A DNA stretch of 54,857 nt, taken from a virus (lineage: Duplodnaviria > Caudoviricetes). Position 1 is the first letter of the stretch, and each line of letters begins with the position of its first letter. The position numbers and the translations under genes were made by a program. This document shows, one piece after another, positions 45,601 through 53,496 of this stretch. The stretch is from the IMG/VR virus record IMGVR_UViG_3300048686_000254, positions 1 to 54,857 of that record. One strand, 5' to 3'. Below the pieces are notes generated by a model, which did not search any database, was not told the DNA's origin, and was given only the letters and a program-made list of their open reading frames with translations.

Positions 45601-48413
45601 ATGTTGTAGCATACAAGGATTCCGATTACTTCGATATAGATCAGCTCGTCGATAGCATTGACGATATGGTAGATGAGCCGATAGACCGTGCGCAGCTCAA
45701 GGATTATGTCGAGAAGTATCTGACATTCCGCGACACAGAGCAGGTTGACGGGAAGACTATCAAGAAGATCTACGTTGACATGTCAGGTCTCAAGATGCTT
45801 GCCGAGCAGTACCTTATGCCAACTCACCCGAACCTTATCAATAGGTACAACTGGGATGGATACTGGGACCCGCAAGGAAAGTGGACTGGCGACGATGCAG
45901 CTAAGTGGATGGAAGACTCTATTAACTCCATGCGCCGCGACATCGTTGCAGGCACACAGTTGACTGTAGCCCGTAAGAATGTACAGCGTCTGCGTAGCGA
46001 GGTTAATAAGTACGAAGTCAACAATGGACTGCGTGAATATCTAGACAAACTGCAAGAACAATTTGATCCAGCCTTCGCACAGATGGCTGAGACAATGAAG
46101 ATTGCGCGAGCTATAAGCAGGACATACTCAATAGGTACATTGCTCTGGAGTATACCTAACTGGGCAATGAACCGTGTATACGGTATGACTATGCCTGGAT
46201 ACCATTACGCCATGAACATTATGACTGACTACGGTGTAGCCAAGATAAATGACGAAGGCAACTACGGTCCGATGCAGCGCATGTCTAGTAAGGCAGAAGC
46301 AGACGCATTCGTATACGAAAAGCAGATGGCGGGCGAGTCTGGCTGGCGTGTACGCAAGGACGTTCGCATGAGAAACTTTGGTCCGCGTGCTTTCGGCATA
46401 ACGCTTGGTGCTGTAATAGCACCTGAAACTACACTGAGGACACTAGCTAAATTCGACGAGAGATATGCAGATGTCCTGCGCATAGCAGATGAGCTTAAGC
46501 TTACACAGGGTAGCGTTATGGGTAGCTATGCCATGCGAGAAGGTATTGCGACAGGCAAAGTATCTGAGGAACTTGTTAAGATTGCAACTGCAATGGGCAA
46601 CCACGTTGAGAAAGTCAACAACTACTCATCTATCCTGACTTCGGCATCATCATCATTCCATCGCCTAGGCATCAGCCGGAACGACTGGTCTATGATGAAG
46701 CGTGGTGATAAGACAGAGGCTGTCAAGATTGCAATGATTCCGCACGAGAAAAAGATTCGTGCTGGATACCGTGCCGCATTTGAAATGGACACGAAGATTC
46801 AATCGTTGAAAGATCAGATAGAAGAACTCGAAGCATCTAATGAGCCGAACGCAAACCTAAAAGTACAAAAGCTCAAGCGCCAATTAGACTCTCTAGTATA
46901 CAGGCGTCTGAAGGTTGCAACGCCAGAACGCGCACTATTCGACCAGCTTGCAGAGTACATGGCTTACGACCGTGATCTTGAGCAGGGTTCCTGGGACCGT
47001 GTTTCTAAGTCTGTATTCGAGCGCTACATAGAAAATCAACCGCTCGGTATTATAGGTATGACCATGATGGCTCCGGCTGTGCGAAATATGAATGCGCACA
47101 GGGTGCTATTCTTGGAAGCAGCCGAGATGTCCAAGGGTGCTACAGGAAAGATGCAGATGCGTAAGCTCATGCAGGCTTATGCTCCAGTCATAGTGGGTTC
47201 GGCTGTCGTTACTGCGCTTGCAGGTATGTATGCAGTTCCTGCATTCCTAGGTGCTGTGCCCGTCATGGATGTTGTCAATGCACTTGAGTTTGTGTACGAA
47301 GCATTCATGGAAGAGGATGAGGACAAGCTTACAAAGATGTCGCAGCGTCAGCGCTGGGAAGAACTCGGTGGAGAAATCGCAGCGAAGAACGGATACAATC
47401 GTGAGTCAGGCAAGGAATTTGTACGCACGTATTTTACCGAAGGTATGATTCGTACATTTGGTGACATCAATGCAAGTGAAGGTGGTTCTCTAGCATCATT
47501 GATTGAAGGACAGGGATTGTCCATGTTGCTCAAGCAATCAAGTAGAATAACAAAGGGAACTGTTCAGGTATTTTCAGATATAGCTACTGGAAACTTTGCA
47601 AATGTTCCATACCAGATGACAGAGTTACTGCCTTCCGGTTACAGGCGTATCAGTCAGGCATCGGGCCAGCTTATGCTAGGTCAGAAGCTCGACAAGGATG
47701 GCAACATCATCATTGACCCTAATACTGGACGCGCTCAATCGTATTCAATGACCGATGCAGCGCTTCAAGCATTGACAGGAAAGCCATGGAAGGAAACACG
47801 TAGCGTTATTACTAGCATCGAGCGCGGCGTCCCGCTCTACTCTGAACAGGATAAGCAGGCATGGGCAAACACACTGGTCAGTCTCAGCAATGTTAAGTTC
47901 GGTGAAACCATTAGAAGCAAGAAGCCAGGCGTACGCGAAGTAGTATCATCCGTTGCTATTGCAGAAGCAGCACCGCAGCTACAATACATCATACGCCAGC
48001 GTTACGAGAACCTATACAAGGCCGCAGTCGAATCTGGCAAGGATAGGTTCAATGAAGAGTGGAGTAAGAATCCAACTATCCAGTTGTCTGGTGGAAAGAC
48101 TATGACGCTGCAAGAAATCTACGCGACTGTAGCGCAGGATGGCGGTATCAAATCGCAGTACGAACTTAAAGGAAAGGGTGCTGAAAGCGTAAAGGAAATG
48201 TCGATGAAGCTCATGGATGAATGGGCTCGTACAAGATCTGTAGCTGAATCAGTTACTCTATACTTTGGTGGTGAAATCCCGGTTCAGTACACCAATGAAA
48301 TCTTTGCAACGACTACCAGCCCAGAGCAGTATGCTGCTGTGAAGATCTTGCAGAAGTTCTACAATTCATACGCAACAGGCGAAGCATACAGAGGATACAA
48401 GCAATCACGATAG
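39639..48413 (+). CDS. Giant internal virion / DNA ejection protein (2924 aa)
   Basis: Gly/Ala hydrophobic helices in the N-terminal ~400 aa, long helical body, hydrophobic C-terminal segment VIVGSAVVTALAGMYAVPAFLG; last gene of the virion operon. Confidence 0.7.
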   Translation: MAADNNSIFNQPLAMPMFGQSDANRIPADSDFWYLWAGQDQARAKYLKLKQMPTMITPEEYDKIVGPQQPVTTVEDQLNAIPQQRSSDETLGERFAGGVSGLFDTFERSAAAFAANPQGNALSPFFESPEQQQRKRADAQRILEQMRAPASQRTGTPSWIQTAEDFGRGLVTSVPQTVASLGGAGLDLVTGNLGENQDYTIRANQAQQYYTPDGAAKTVGSLVPDIGAALLSFGGTTALSAAAAASKAPVIGTIGKLLVGTGESVAPKILGKTLSFLPSATRAQRVGAAAGSLLVQNKYDLPELVSGRMNVGEYALRQAAGAAGGALAAGSYQNNFLKNVFADAAVNAATGAVAEAAPLIPGGAEFDASQAWKSLVGQVVIGTGIGTYAAYADARQAAAARTAQADVAARQQAAIQEQAARAEGGSTANEPYTAATTYRQAEEILFGRTAIDRDDDVNTAYEKYASATDEVDVNRLQSIRRTPDGTVMSINDAYTGNNTDMLPKGFGPAALAQAAETERTAYAKALVAQFKGNEQELAQLLDLGPIDDVTQLENTIVNKWLVQAANGRGINGVEQKLAEAGLPSPLIASAGAEAPQTFMQGADFESGLRPEQAGDVEQPDLSSVIRGAERQFGYLGRPIRISEEGPVRVEGEDEGRPLTEKQTDREYGRYKRAKSREMLAAERKYGITPEEFSDPEVRKALVQIEEAEALANSLYGIENGLTVSSILPPNSVAARIYQSANPQARPESTPGQRAIPVAETPTVLEVPTAALEEGLTTTAQPEVYRLEDYQNVVPADQAIAGETAPTVETPEAPKQVESLNEINQIQSDEQAQAEQQQAAIADRDIQSADEAEDRVLAALETRGINTDKVITVVPSEPVLGPILKIGSGVARSLDDMRSISEKAGAKVSTDNKVRQAKENVVRLANLLEGNIDRGVKGQGVLFPDPKAGGQRDFMVRFIADVEDASQYEILKRVEAGERSFGNGAIKLFGGESGDRMFTIRFDVSSDNMAHVRDVMNRVSPSAVEVKVKSDAAELMNNDRRADILDKAYADFEEAMAASSEAPRVYGGRLVYTSTQARMEGIPAEHPSEAYKADSATGQQAINGFGVQDLVGRDEWGRYYPEKLNKAQDTIAKDLQNDLKNNLVSKNPQLLAQIRYQDIPWLLNKYYGPGYWKDFAANYVKNQGIAKEVDDAFLAHIHRKYGLGYAGEKFDFKGRKIPYNPVKDFADHNTNVPDYVTDYGYKQYLPVFTETLDLAGLIARKSGIDAAQKITALAEWDATGYDKFDEKTGAVTKTSKERRTELQEKWRRADPTLAGITEADIEATRKQLQKALKKNAEVNAAYQKVQEWANKEQGAEAYRTLMQAAVMGTSKDVKFNLRDFPITRVFGSVGAAILLDQGVDTIEDDETYFGIPGSVIKEMFGGGKAVGYATLAGFHVTSKANTPAGTKAGFRSRSLDAIRKSKLGRVVSEKTGADYVDFSKLTPDQQLNQFESWFFDPARPFSAAERGSAVYEKEKTAYYQFHKDASASGVKLANILGITKLVSGKGSQGVVTYTEAGINDTKLMSAKIPLVDDFIRKPDTEVQRATRERINEVQGPLDELWPQIRERYKKTAMYQFVHSAVELDKRMSDLNLVRSKKSEEVYLVEREQIIQSIKDEFFNPQSDKNLSGFGDEQWNDFLAFQRALDPLRGLHYESIVARSIGQEFWKMNEYYTDLLSTRDPILKGLGAAAAKMDDLDFQIKALDDAKNAGTDMPNYVDKRKSLIDSKAELQQFVDMQAKELEMLNNKIKVIEQLPENVERSRSSFYLFRHRDQNAPFVLRLQFDETTKLPAGTRMEYNTEADAREGMFKELRERIPEGAYARRQYLNDEIERLSTKEKLTQREAATLEKLEKEIEYIDGVQDLSNLSDAELMQFISNVKILKRPGDKRILRSNRLVATQSTTRKVLEAALYGAHTIKANLASRANAEGAMTPRYIDGKGNATLQRDLSGNVVAYKDSDYFDIDQLVDSIDDMVDEPIDRAQLKDYVEKYLTFRDTEQVDGKTIKKIYVDMSGLKMLAEQYLMPTHPNLINRYNWDGYWDPQGKWTGDDAAKWMEDSINSMRRDIVAGTQLTVARKNVQRLRSEVNKYEVNNGLREYLDKLQEQFDPAFAQMAETMKIARAISRTYSIGTLLWSIPNWAMNRVYGMTMPGYHYAMNIMTDYGVAKINDEGNYGPMQRMSSKAEADAFVYEKQMAGESGWRVRKDVRMRNFGPRAFGITLGAVIAPETTLRTLAKFDERYADVLRIADELKLTQGSVMGSYAMREGIATGKVSEELVKIATAMGNHVEKVNNYSSILTSASSSFHRLGISRNDWSMMKRGDKTEAVKIAMIPHEKKIRAGYRAAFEMDTKIQSLKDQIEELEASNEPNANLKVQKLKRQLDSLVYRRLKVATPERALFDQLAEYMAYDRDLEQGSWDRVSKSVFERYIENQPLGIIGMTMMAPAVRNMNAHRVLFLEAAEMSKGATGKMQMRKLMQAYAPVIVGSAVVTALAGMYAVPAFLGAVPVMDVVNALEFVYEAFMEEDEDKLTKMSQRQRWEELGGEIAAKNGYNRESGKEFVRTYFTEGMIRTFGDINASEGGSLASLIEGQGLSMLLKQSSRITKGTVQVFSDIATGNFANVPYQMTELLPSGYRRISQASGQLMLGQKLDKDGNIIIDPNTGRAQSYSMTDAALQALTGKPWKETRSVITSIERGVPLYSEQDKQAWANTLVSLSNVKFGETIRSKKPGVREVVSSVAIAEAAPQLQYIIRQRYENLYKAAVESGKDRFNEEWSKNPTIQLSGGKTMTLQEIYATVAQDGGIKSQYELKGKGAESVKEMSMKLMDEWARTRSVAESVTLYFGGEIPVQYTNEIFATTTSPEQYAAVKILQKFYNSYATGEAYRGYKQSR

Positions 48414-49316
48414 ACTGGCTACCTTAGCCAGCATCATATCAGGCGATGATGAATGGGATAGTGCGAAGTCAATTACGGCAAGCCTATCCCTTTCGTTTTC
48501 CAGGAAGTCATAGCCCCAGCCTCCCACTATTTTATAGTCTCCAATAGTTTTATGCTTGACAAAGTTGTCAAGTGCAATCTTTGGTTCTATGTTTAGTGAT
48601 AAGGCTAATGAAGTAAGGCACTTAGCTACACCTATCTTGGTAGTGTTTTGATTGTATGCTATGATCGGTGCTCCGTATGCAGCAATGAGCGCTGAAGGGT
48701 ATACTGCTCCGACCTCAGCAATAAACTCAGCTGATGGTTTATCTCCCATAAGCAGCGAGACTGCATCTGCCAGGCTCAGGTTTACGCTACGACTGTTAGA
48801 CATAGGAGCCTTGTCGGATTCAACCCACACCATAGGTTGCTCGACGGTATTTATGATGTCGTAGTCCAGGGTAGTAGGGACAAACTGCATCTTACCAACT
48901 ACCTCATCGCTAGGTAGGATAGGGTAGACTCTTTCATCTGGGAACAAGTGCACCACCATGACGGCTATCTCGAAGGCAGTGCGTATGTCCTTGGCTAAGT
49001 ACATTTCCATTGTAAAGTTATCGCGCACAACATAGCAGGAATCGTACTTGTAAATGTAGACTCTGCCATACTGTGCGCTGATAGTTTCATCCAGTGTAGG
49101 TGGAGGGAACACCCAGAAGGGCATCTTCTGCATGCTCGACTGTACTTCTGCAAAGCTGTAGTAAGATAGCTTGCTATGGTCTCCCCAGAACAATACGCCT
49201 GACTTAGCATAGGACGCCAAGGTATTGTAAGGAACATGCACCAGGGCATCTATCACAGAGAAGGGACCGTTGACATTCTCTGCTGTAAAGTCTAGGCGAA
49301 ATACAGTCAGCTTCAT
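48405..49316 (-). CDS. Hypothetical protein translationally coupled to the recombinase
   Basis: 303 aa; ATGA overlap with the recombinase stop codon. Confidence 0.6.
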   Translation of the reverse strand: MKLTVFRLDFTAENVNGPFSVIDALVHVPYNTLASYAKSGVLFWGDHSKLSYYSFAEVQSSMQKMPFWVFPPPTLDETISAQYGRVYIYKYDSCYVVRDNFTMEMYLAKDIRTAFEIAVMVVHLFPDERVYPILPSDEVVGKMQFVPTTLDYDIINTVEQPMVWVESDKAPMSNSRSVNLSLADAVSLLMGDKPSAEFIAEVGAVYPSALIAAYGAPIIAYNQNTTKIGVAKCLTSLALSLNIEPKIALDNFVKHKTIGDYKIVGGWGYDFLENERDRLAVIDFALSHSSSPDMMLAKVASLS

Positions 49317-50263
49317 GCGTATGAGTTAGCCAGTGCGTTGAATCCGTTTGCTATAGATACCTTCGAGGTGTTGTCGTAGAATACATTGGCGTAGCGCAGC
49401 GTTGTCTTAAGGTCTGCATGACCGAGAAGCTGCTGTGCCTGACGCACACCTACGTGGTCGCTGATGATGCTGGCACAGGTAAACCGGAACATGTGCGGTG
49501 TAAGCCTATCCATACCTAGGTTCCTGCCATGCCTATTCATACGGTGATTCATAGACATAGTAATGCCGGACTTGTGCGCACCTTCTTCATCGCATAGTAA
49601 GTACTCGGAGCTAGGGCGGACAGACAGATACCTATACAATGCTTCGCCGAACTTCTGACCGTTAGGCAGTGGCACATCGAGCGGTATATGTATGACCTGA
49701 TACTGATGGTTGCCGGACTTAAGACGCTTGATCTTGAGTGTCATCTCCGTCTCAGTCAGTGTGAAGTCTGTCATCTTCACGGGTATGATAGCGCCGGAGC
49801 GAGCACCTGTTATGAGTAGCATTGCGCTATAGAGGTAGAGTCTATTGGCGAAGAAGTCTTCATAAGGATAGGTAAGGAACACATCGAAGTATGCCTTGAG
49901 CTGGTCCTTGCTCATGATCTTCTCGGACAGAGGACGGCGTGGCTTGTATCTGTTCGTACCCTCGCGCATCCATCGCTTGTATTCTTCTTCGTTGATATAG
50001 TCGTAGTAGTATAGCACCTGTGCTATAACTACCAGGCCGACGCTTGAGTAGGTGCGCTTGCGCTTGGTGAGCTCTACGTCTATGGCTCGCATGAGATCTC
50101 CGCCACGGAGATTGCCTAGTACTAGGTCCTTGATCTCGTCGTTGAAGCTAAGGCGCACCCGCTTCTTATATGAAGGCGATAGATGCTCGCCAGTGATACG
50201 GCTAGGCCGCATGAGATAGTGTTCGATTGCGCTCTCTACCTCAGCCCTTGTGGTAAATTGCAT
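49313..50263 (-). CDS. Tyrosine recombinase / integrase (Xer-like)
   Basis: Catalytic R (TGARSG), K (RLKSG), HxxR (PHMFR), H (LLGHAD), Y (TTLRY); GGAGG RBS before ATG 50263. Confidence 0.92.
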   Translation of the reverse strand: MQFTTRAEVESAIEHYLMRPSRITGEHLSPSYKKRVRLSFNDEIKDLVLGNLRGGDLMRAIDVELTKRKRTYSSVGLVVIAQVLYYYDYINEEEYKRWMREGTNRYKPRRPLSEKIMSKDQLKAYFDVFLTYPYEDFFANRLYLYSAMLLITGARSGAIIPVKMTDFTLTETEMTLKIKRLKSGNHQYQVIHIPLDVPLPNGQKFGEALYRYLSVRPSSEYLLCDEEGAHKSGITMSMNHRMNRHGRNLGMDRLTPHMFRFTCASIISDHVGVRQAQQLLGHADLKTTLRYANVFYDNTSKVSIANGFNALANSYA

Positions 50264-50288
50264 AGTTCCTCCTGTGTGAAAAGATACC

Positions 50289-50302
50289 ATGCAAGATACA
50301 TA
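50289..50302 (-). repeat. 14-bp direct repeat copy 1 (TATGTATCTTGCAT on - strand); promoter/operator-like
   Basis: Exact match to 54142-54155. Confidence 0.75.
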
Positions 50303-50325
50303 GCTTACACGTTATATACAAATAC

Positions 50326-50357
50326 AAAATAAAAAAGCCCACCCGAAGGTAGGCTTT
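50326..50357 (-). terminator. Rho-independent terminator with cUUCGg loop
   Basis: Minus strand AAAGCCTACC-TTCG-GGTGGGCTTT-TTTATTTT. Confidence 0.85.
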
Positions 50358-50379
50358 AATTGGAAAGCGTAGAGCGAAC

Positions 50380-50637
50380 TTACGCTATTGTCTGCAAGCC
50401 TAGCTTGGACTTGACCAGTTCGAGAACGAACGTATCGTCCGATCCCCAGCCAGCAAGTTCAGCTTCCGTCAGTGGCAACGTCTTGCCTTCTACGGTCACG
50501 CCATCCTCATCGAGCAGTGATGCCGATGCAAACGCATAGCCTTCGCCTTCTTGAAAGCGAAAGATAACCGTGTCTACACGGAGCTTGACAGCTGGCTTAA
50601 CCACTGGTTGCGAGCTGATTGTTTCTTCTAGTGCCAT
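50380..50637 (-). CDS. Small fibre-associated protein (possible assembly chaperone)
   Basis: Directly follows the fibre gene; LTEAE..GWGSDDTFV.....KLGL. Confidence 0.5.
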   Translation of the reverse strand: MALEETISSQPVVKPAVKLRVDTVIFRFQEGEGYAFASASLLDEDGVTVEGKTLPLTEAELAGWGSDDTFVLELVKSKLGLQTIA

Positions 50638-50662
50638 GATGTTTTCTTTAAATAGTTTAATT

Positions 50663-52270
50663 TTAACCTGTTACTTTCATTAAACGAGCGAATGCACCCC
50701 AACGTATTGTTTTACCAGCTTCGCCCGTTACCAATATTGCAAGTGTGTCAGCAGTATTATCAGCGTTGACGGCTACTGCCCATACACCAGGATTATCGTT
50801 TCCTAAAGTACCAACGACAGGGGTTCCTACAAATGCAGTAACACCAGCATTGTTATCAATACAACCTGTAATTCTCCAAGCTGCTGATTCATTATCTGCA
50901 TCTGTTCGACGAGCAGTGACAAGTATTTCAAAACCGTATGTTGAATCAGTGCTTATTCGCATTGATGCTGCTGGTACAGTGCCTGCAGGATTAGCGTCTT
51001 GCGTCAATTCTTTTTGCGCGCCATCTACTGTTGTTATACGTTGTACATATTGCTCAATTTGGCATTGGCCTCGCGCACCAAAACCTCCACTGCTGTGTAC
51101 AAATGCTCCATAATTATTAGCTGAACCTGCAAGACCAGATACCGTGCAATAATCTGCTGTAATTGCATTGTCATAACCACCTATAACAGCGCTATACCAA
51201 CCAGTCACACTATGAGCATTCCCACCACTAATAGTTGATGCAGCGCCAGAACAAGTATTATTAGCCCCACCAACTATACTAGAGCGTTCACCACTAGCGT
51301 TGTTAGTAGAACCTCCGCATACAATAGCCCATTGCCCTTGTGCTATATTATCACTACCGCCAATAATAGCTGCACGAGCGGATGTTGCACGATTATTAAA
51401 GCCACCACCAACTACTGTGTATAAATTTGTTGCTTGACAAGTATCGCCACCTGCTATTACACTATAATTGCCCGACGCATTATTAGTATAACCACCTGCT
51501 ACTGTTGAGCGTAGACCGCTTGCGGTATTGAAATATCCTCCACCAACGGTGCTGTAGACATTACTTGCAGTGTTTTGGAGTCCCCCTCCTATTGTACTCA
51601 TGTCAAGCGACGCACTATTTTGTTGGCCTCCACCAATAGTTACTCTAATACCATTCGTTGTATTTTGTTGGCCTCCACCAATATAAGAGCCAACACCAGT
51701 CGCACTATTTGAAAGACCGCCAGCGACAGTCGCATAATCTGATGATACCGTGTTGCCAAATCCTCCAAGTATAGAGCTATTTGAACCAGATGCAACTTGT
51801 GTTGCGGCTGTACGCGACGTTTGTAAATCAACAGCATTTGTTCCACGTTTGTTGCCACCAGCAGTTGTACCGTCTGGTAACTGTGCAAGGAATGCGCCTG
51901 TTCCTTTAGGCTGGAGCACTGCATCGCCGCTCGATGTTGCTACATCTACAAGCAAGCGTGAGGCATTGATGGTTGCATTAGGCGCAGCCACATTCTGCGT
52001 TGGCGTGAACCCCGTAGTTCCACCACCACCACCAGCTGCGCTGATTGTCAGTGTCTCATTACCACCGTCATTATTCTCGGTCAAAGTAATGTTCGTACCT
52101 GCTACCAGCTTGCCGTTGAGATAGCCAGCGGTCGTATCATTAGATGACACCTTGGACTTCTCATCGGTAGCTGCGCTTGGAACAAAAGCTGTTCCTTGAT
52201 AAGTAAGGCTCTCCGTAACATCTAGGTTTCGGACCTTACCTGATTGTATGACTTCGGTTCTTGGGTGCAT
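50663..52270 (-). CDS. Tail fibre / receptor-binding protein with Gly-rich 14-residue beta-roll repeats
   Basis: More than ten repeats of S(T/V)(I/V)GGGxxNxA(S/T); N-terminal KVSSNDTTAGYLNGKLVAG and GNKRGTNAVDLQ motifs; C-terminal beta head. Confidence 0.8.
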   Translation of the reverse strand: MHPRTEVIQSGKVRNLDVTESLTYQGTAFVPSAATDEKSKVSSNDTTAGYLNGKLVAGTNITLTENNDGGNETLTISAAGGGGGTTGFTPTQNVAAPNATINASRLLVDVATSSGDAVLQPKGTGAFLAQLPDGTTAGGNKRGTNAVDLQTSRTAATQVASGSNSSILGGFGNTVSSDYATVAGGLSNSATGVGSYIGGGQQNTTNGIRVTIGGGQQNSASLDMSTIGGGLQNTASNVYSTVGGGYFNTASGLRSTVAGGYTNNASGNYSVIAGGDTCQATNLYTVVGGGFNNRATSARAAIIGGSDNIAQGQWAIVCGGSTNNASGERSSIVGGANNTCSGAASTISGGNAHSVTGWYSAVIGGYDNAITADYCTVSGLAGSANNYGAFVHSSGGFGARGQCQIEQYVQRITTVDGAQKELTQDANPAGTVPAASMRISTDSTYGFEILVTARRTDADNESAAWRITGCIDNNAGVTAFVGTPVVGTLGNDNPGVWAVAVNADNTADTLAILVTGEAGKTIRWGAFARLMKVTG

Positions 52271-52280
52271 GGGTTATCCT

Positions 52281-52538
52281 TTAGAAGCGTACCTGTACGT
52301 GTTCATTATTGACTCGGCAATTTAAAATTCCCCAGTACGAACCAGAGTCTTCGCTTACATCCATAGAGATATACTCATACCGATCATCTTCTTGCAGTGC
52401 AGGCTTATTAGCATCGTATAGTTGGTTTAATGCAACCGAGGCGGATTCTTCAGCTGAGATATACTTCGGCTCATCTGCTCCAGTATTGGGGTTGGGTGTT
52501 AGCCAAACACCTTCTTGATTAGAATGATAGATGTTCAT
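52281..52538 (-). CDS. Small hypothetical protein (fibre cassette)
   Basis: 85 aa, AAGG RBS, between the fibre remnant and the intact fibre. Confidence 0.55.
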   Translation of the reverse strand: MNIYHSNQEGVWLTPNPNTGADEPKYISAEESASVALNQLYDANKPALQEDDRYEYISMDVSEDSGSYWGILNCRVNNEHVQVRF

Positions 52539-52549
52539 ATTGTTTTACC

Positions 52550-52752
52550 TTATTGATTGTTTACATTTCCATTGCCGTCTACTGAATAGTAAACGCGACC
52601 ACCAACTGCAACCGTAGCAAATGCGCCAACCAGTTTTTTGCAGTAATACAATTTGCCTGTAAAGTTAGATGGCATATCGGGATTCCAAGAACCTTCGTCT
52701 CCTGAATATCTAGTCGGTCTACCTTTAGGTAGTCTATTCGTTGTTTAGCCAT
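52550..52752 (-). pseudogene. Possible internally deleted / frameshifted fibre-like gene remnant
   Basis: GGAG RBS + MAKQRIDYLKVDRLDIQET (cf. KVRNLDVTE of the fibre). A protein-like continuation lies in another frame: MPSNFTGKLYYCKKLVGAFATVAVGGRVYYSVDGNGNVNNQ* (52675-52550). Confidence 0.35.
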
Positions 52753-52763
52753 TGTATTCTCCG

Positions 52764-52800
52764 AAATAAATAAGGGGCGACCGCGATATGCAGTCACCCC
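52764..52800 (-). terminator. GC-rich hairpin with U/A tract (terminator or 5' leader hairpin)
   Basis: Minus strand GGGGTGACTGC-ATATC-GCGGTCGCCCC-TTATTTATTT. Confidence 0.6.
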
Positions 52801-52828
52801 TAAATTACTGGAAAGACTATGGCAAACT

Positions 52829-53317
52829 CTAATCTTTGACAGCCTGCTCGACAGCATTTCTATTGACGACCATAAGCATGCCAGAATCCTTAGAGTTCTT
52901 AGCGTTTATTTCGTATAGCGTCCCTTCAATAGTTACCTTAAACTTGTGTATTTCCGGTGATGGCTCGCCCATAAGCATGCAGTATTCCTGATGCTTGGCG
53001 ATAATTTTATGGCGAATAGCTAGGTCAGATATAATAACCCACGTATGACCTACATACTGCCCGCTGAAGAACGTGAACATCCGTTGGATATGTACGCCTT
53101 TAACATTGTTATCGTCGTACGTTATGTGCAATATGCCATTGGATTCTATGTTGTTTATCTCATTAAACGTGAGTCCTGCATGCTTTGCCATAGCCATCAC
53201 CACGCTTTTGCTTGAACCCCAGGGAGCTACAATATCCCTGCCGAACGTAAAGTACAGTGAATCCTGTGCTGATGCTGTGCCTGCCAGTACCAGCAAACCT
53301 ACAATAAACCCTCTCAT
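52829..53317 (-). CDS. Secreted/periplasmic protein with Sec signal peptide
   Basis: MRGFIVGLLVLAGTASA|QDS; ATG 53317 overlaps the upstream stop (ATGA). Confidence 0.65.
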   Translation of the reverse strand: MRGFIVGLLVLAGTASAQDSLYFTFGRDIVAPWGSSKSVVMAMAKHAGLTFNEINNIESNGILHITYDDNNVKGVHIQRMFTFFSGQYVGHTWVIISDLAIRHKIIAKHQEYCMLMGEPSPEIHKFKVTIEGTLYEINAKNSKDSGMLMVVNRNAVEQAVKD

Positions 53318-53496
53318 TGCTTCTCTCCCTGTGAATATAATGGAATGTAATGCTCGCACTTCTTCTTCTTGGAATCCCACGGTGGTGTGATGAACCGTGA
53401 GATATATTTGTCACCGATAGGTTGATCCATGTACCTCCGGCACTCTGCCTTCTTCGGGCAGTTCTTGCCAGCGCAGTATGCTATGTCCCTGTTCAT
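53314..53496 (-). CDS. Small Cys4 (putative Zn-binding) phage protein
   Basis: DIAYCAGKNCPKKAECRRY...PP.....CEHY. Confidence 0.65.
   Translation of the reverse strand: MNRDIAYCAGKNCPKKAECRRYMDQPIGDKYISRFITPPWDSKKKKCEHYIPLYSQGEKQ

Noticed and set aside
45616-45645. DSDYFDIDQ in the giant protein as a crAss-type virion RNA polymerase DFDID motif
   Set aside because: The spacing is D-Y-F-D-I-D, not DxDxD, and no other double-psi beta-barrel motifs were recognised
283-47533. Numerous 60-150-aa antisense or alternate-frame ORFs inside large genes (e.g. 1776-2156, 3332-3736, 38542-39003, 42485-42880)
   Set aside because: Shadow ORFs of well-supported genes, with no RBS, motif or operon context
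50663-52270. Diversity-generating retroelement or invertible shufflon acting on the fibre
   Set aside because: No reverse transcriptase, no template/variable repeat pair and no inverted repeats found by eye; the Gly-rich repeats are protein-level and degenerate in DNA
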